Positions 61,917-64,000 of a stretch of DNA of 64,000 nucleotides are shown in pieces (within the stretch, counting starts at the first letter, position 1; each line of letters begins with the position of its first letter). The position numbers and the translations under genes were made by a program. The notes beneath the pieces were generated by a model. The model worked only from the letters and a program-made list of their open reading frames with translations. It ran no database searches and had not been told where the DNA came from. Source of the stretch: Bacteroidota bacterium (GTDB lineage Bacteria > Bacteroidota > Bacteroidia > NS11-12g > UBA9320). Where the stretch lies: assembly GCA_013359235.1 (NCBI GenBank), contig JABWCE010000004.1, forward strand, positions 18,931 through 82,930. Direction: 5' to 3'.

Positions 61917-63656
61917 TTACGCTTCGCCTACTTGCTGCCGCCACATGGCGTAATATAAACCTTTAAGATTTAAAAGGTCATTATGATTGCCTTCTTCTAT
62001 AATTTTTCCTTTTTCTAATACAAAAATTTTATCGGCATGCATTATTGTACTTAAGCGATGAGCTATGATAATGGTAATTACATTTCTTTTTTCGTTAATG
62101 TCTTTTATTGTTTGAGTAATATCTTCTTCGGTAATACTATCTAATGACGAAGTTGCTTCGTCAAATACCAATAATGATGGATTGCGAAGCAATGCCCGTG
62201 CTATTGACAACCTCTGTTTTTCGCCTCCCGATACCTTTACCCCACCTTCGCCAATGGTTGTATTTATACCTTTTTCGGCTCTTTTTAATAATTTTAGGCA
62301 ACTTGATTTTTCTAAAACATCCATTATTTGTTCATCACTTGCAGAAGGATTTACAAAAAGTAGGTTTTCTTTAATTGTACCTGCAAATAATTGAGTATCT
62401 TGAGTAACAAGTCCTATTTTTTCTCTTAGCTCGTCAAGATTTATTTCTGAGAAGTTAAAATCTCCGTATTTTATCTGTCCTTCGTTTGGCTGGTATAGTC
62501 CTACAAGTATTTTTACTAATGTAGTTTTGCCTGAGCCGCTTGGACCAACAAAGGCAATTGTTTCACCTTTTTTTGCTTTAAAATTAATATTATTTAGTGC
62601 ATTTACCGAAGAAGACTGGTGCCTGAATGATACATTTATATATTCAATTTTATTCAATTGTTCTAAATGTTTAGGATTTTCTGGCTTTTGTTCTATCGGT
62701 TTTTCGAGAATGGTTTTAAAATTATTTAATGATACTTCTGCTTCGCGGTAGGTGAGTATAATATTACCCAACTCTTGCAATGGATTAAATAGAAAAAAAG
62801 AATAAAATAGAAATGTGAAATATTGCCCTGCCGATATTTCTTTACCAAAAATAAGAATAAGCAATACCATTATCATTACGCTTCTTACAAACTGAACAGT
62901 AGTACCTTGTAAAAAACCCAAACTGCGGATAAATTTTATTTTTTTGAGTTCAAGTTTCAAAATTTCAAAAGTAGATTTGTTCAACCTGTTAATTTCTTGA
63001 TTAGCTAAACCGAGACTTTTTACAAGTTCGATATTTCTCAAAGACTCGGTAGTACTGCCTGCAAGTGCTGTTGTATAACCTACAATTTTTTGCTGCATAA
63101 TTTTTATTTTTTTGCTGAAATAGCTGCTCAGCAGTCCTATTATTAATATTGCCAGAACATATACCATTGCTACAACCCACGTTATACTTATTGCATAAAT
63201 TATAATAAAAATCAACCCTACAATGCTTGTAAAAAGAACCCCTATAAATGTGAGAAGCAGTTTTTCGATATCAACTCTAACTTTTTGCAGTACCGAAAGT
63301 GTTTCGCCACTGCGTTGGTCTTCAAAATCCTGATAAGGCAATTGCAAACTGTGTTTTAAGCCATCAGCATATATTCTTGCTCCAAGTTTTTGAATTATTA
63401 CATTAGTGACATAGTCTTGAAAATTTTTTGCAATACGCGATACCATTGCAACACCAATAGAACAACAAACCCAAAATATTGATCGGTTTATATATTGACT
63501 TTTTGTCAACTTATCAAATTTAGTAATAACTTCATCTACAATTTTACCTGTAATATATGGGTCAAACAGTGAAAAACACTGGTTTATGGCTGCTAATCCC
63601 AAAGCAAGTGCAAGAAGTTTCCAGTGAATATATAAATAATTTTTTAAAACACCCAT
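61917..63656 (-). CDS. ABC transporter ATP-binding/permease fusion (MsbA/MdlB-like exporter)
   Basis: TM domain, GPSGSGKT, SGGEKQR, VFDEATS, AHRLST. Confidence 0.93.
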   Translation of the reverse strand: MGVLKNYLYIHWKLLALALGLAAINQCFSLFDPYITGKIVDEVITKFDKLTKSQYINRSIFWVCCSIGVAMVSRIAKNFQDYVTNVIIQKLGARIYADGLKHSLQLPYQDFEDQRSGETLSVLQKVRVDIEKLLLTFIGVLFTSIVGLIFIIIYAISITWVVAMVYVLAILIIGLLSSYFSKKIKIMQQKIVGYTTALAGSTTESLRNIELVKSLGLANQEINRLNKSTFEILKLELKKIKFIRSLGFLQGTTVQFVRSVMIMVLLILIFGKEISAGQYFTFLFYSFFLFNPLQELGNIILTYREAEVSLNNFKTILEKPIEQKPENPKHLEQLNKIEYINVSFRHQSSSVNALNNINFKAKKGETIAFVGPSGSGKTTLVKILVGLYQPNEGQIKYGDFNFSEINLDELREKIGLVTQDTQLFAGTIKENLLFVNPSASDEQIMDVLEKSSCLKLLKRAEKGINTTIGEGGVKVSGGEKQRLSIARALLRNPSLLVFDEATSSLDSITEEDITQTIKDINEKRNVITIIIAHRLSTIMHADKIFVLEKGKIIEEGNHNDLLNLKGLYYAMWRQQVGEA

Positions 63657-63690
63657 TTAAATTTAAAATTACAAACAAATAAACATACTA

Positions 63691-64000
63691 TTAGACAAAA
63701 TCGTTTTTAATAACTTTTATAAACCCAAGTAATTTTGCCGAAAATAAATTTAGAAAAATACCTGCAACTACAATAAAAATGCCTATCCACGAATAAAAAG
63801 TTGGAATTTCGTTGAAAAAAATAATTCCATTAAAAACAGCATACACAATGCCGAGATTACTGTAAACGGCAATATTTCCAACCTTTTCGTTTTGGTAAGC
63901 CACAGTTAGAAAATATTGTGCAGCCTGTGTAAGCAAAGCCATTAAAAATATCAAAAACCAATCAAAATATGTAGGTATAATAAAACCGCCATTGATAAAA
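63691..64000 (-). CDS. DMT/EamA family transporter, C-terminal part (starts outside window)
   Basis: Open frame to the window edge; AQY.LT.AY..E....IA..SNL.IVYA..GII.F.E.P...GI..VV.G. Confidence 0.8.
   Translation of the reverse strand, partial: FINGGFIIPTYFDWFLIFLMALLTQAAQYFLTVAYQNEKVGNIAVYSNLGIVYAVFNGIIFFNEIPTFYSWIGIFIVVAGIFLNLFSAKLLGFIKVIKNDFV

Noticed and set aside
1657-62751. Many 60-180 aa antisense or alternate-frame ORFs in the track (e.g. 6756-7094, 45493-45978, 57898-58437)
   Set aside because: They overlap well-supported genes, have no recognisable motifs and show shadow-frame composition.

Overview
AT-rich chromosomal window from a Bacteroidota genome, inferred from TAnnTTTG promoter elements, T9SS type A and B C-terminal domains and Bacteroidota-type ECF sigma factors. 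Most genes are housekeeping (radA, rlmB, rimP-nusA-infB-rlmN, lipid A acyltransferase, galE, ptrB, maeB, meaB, tag, Do-family protease, dapF, pabB, cobB) mixed with envelope and secretion genes. I saw no rRNA, tRNA, CRISPR array or transposase. Points of most interest: (1) an ECF sigma whose anti-sigma-like partner ends in a T9SS type B sorting domain, next to a giant PKD T9SS substrate, suggesting secretion-coupled transcription control; (2) an unannotated 51-aa stand-alone anti-sigma-like ORF coupled to a FecR-like gene; (3) rlmN and a GNAT gene whose conserved N-termini have no ATG/GTG/TTG start; (4) a Cmk-like kinase with three conserved Arg changed to Asn; (5) a 1712-aa signal-peptide-bearing TPR-CHAT protease; (6) a small 21.6-24.2 kb island with attC-like and REP-like relics. 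All family assignments come from motif recognition by eye, not database searches.
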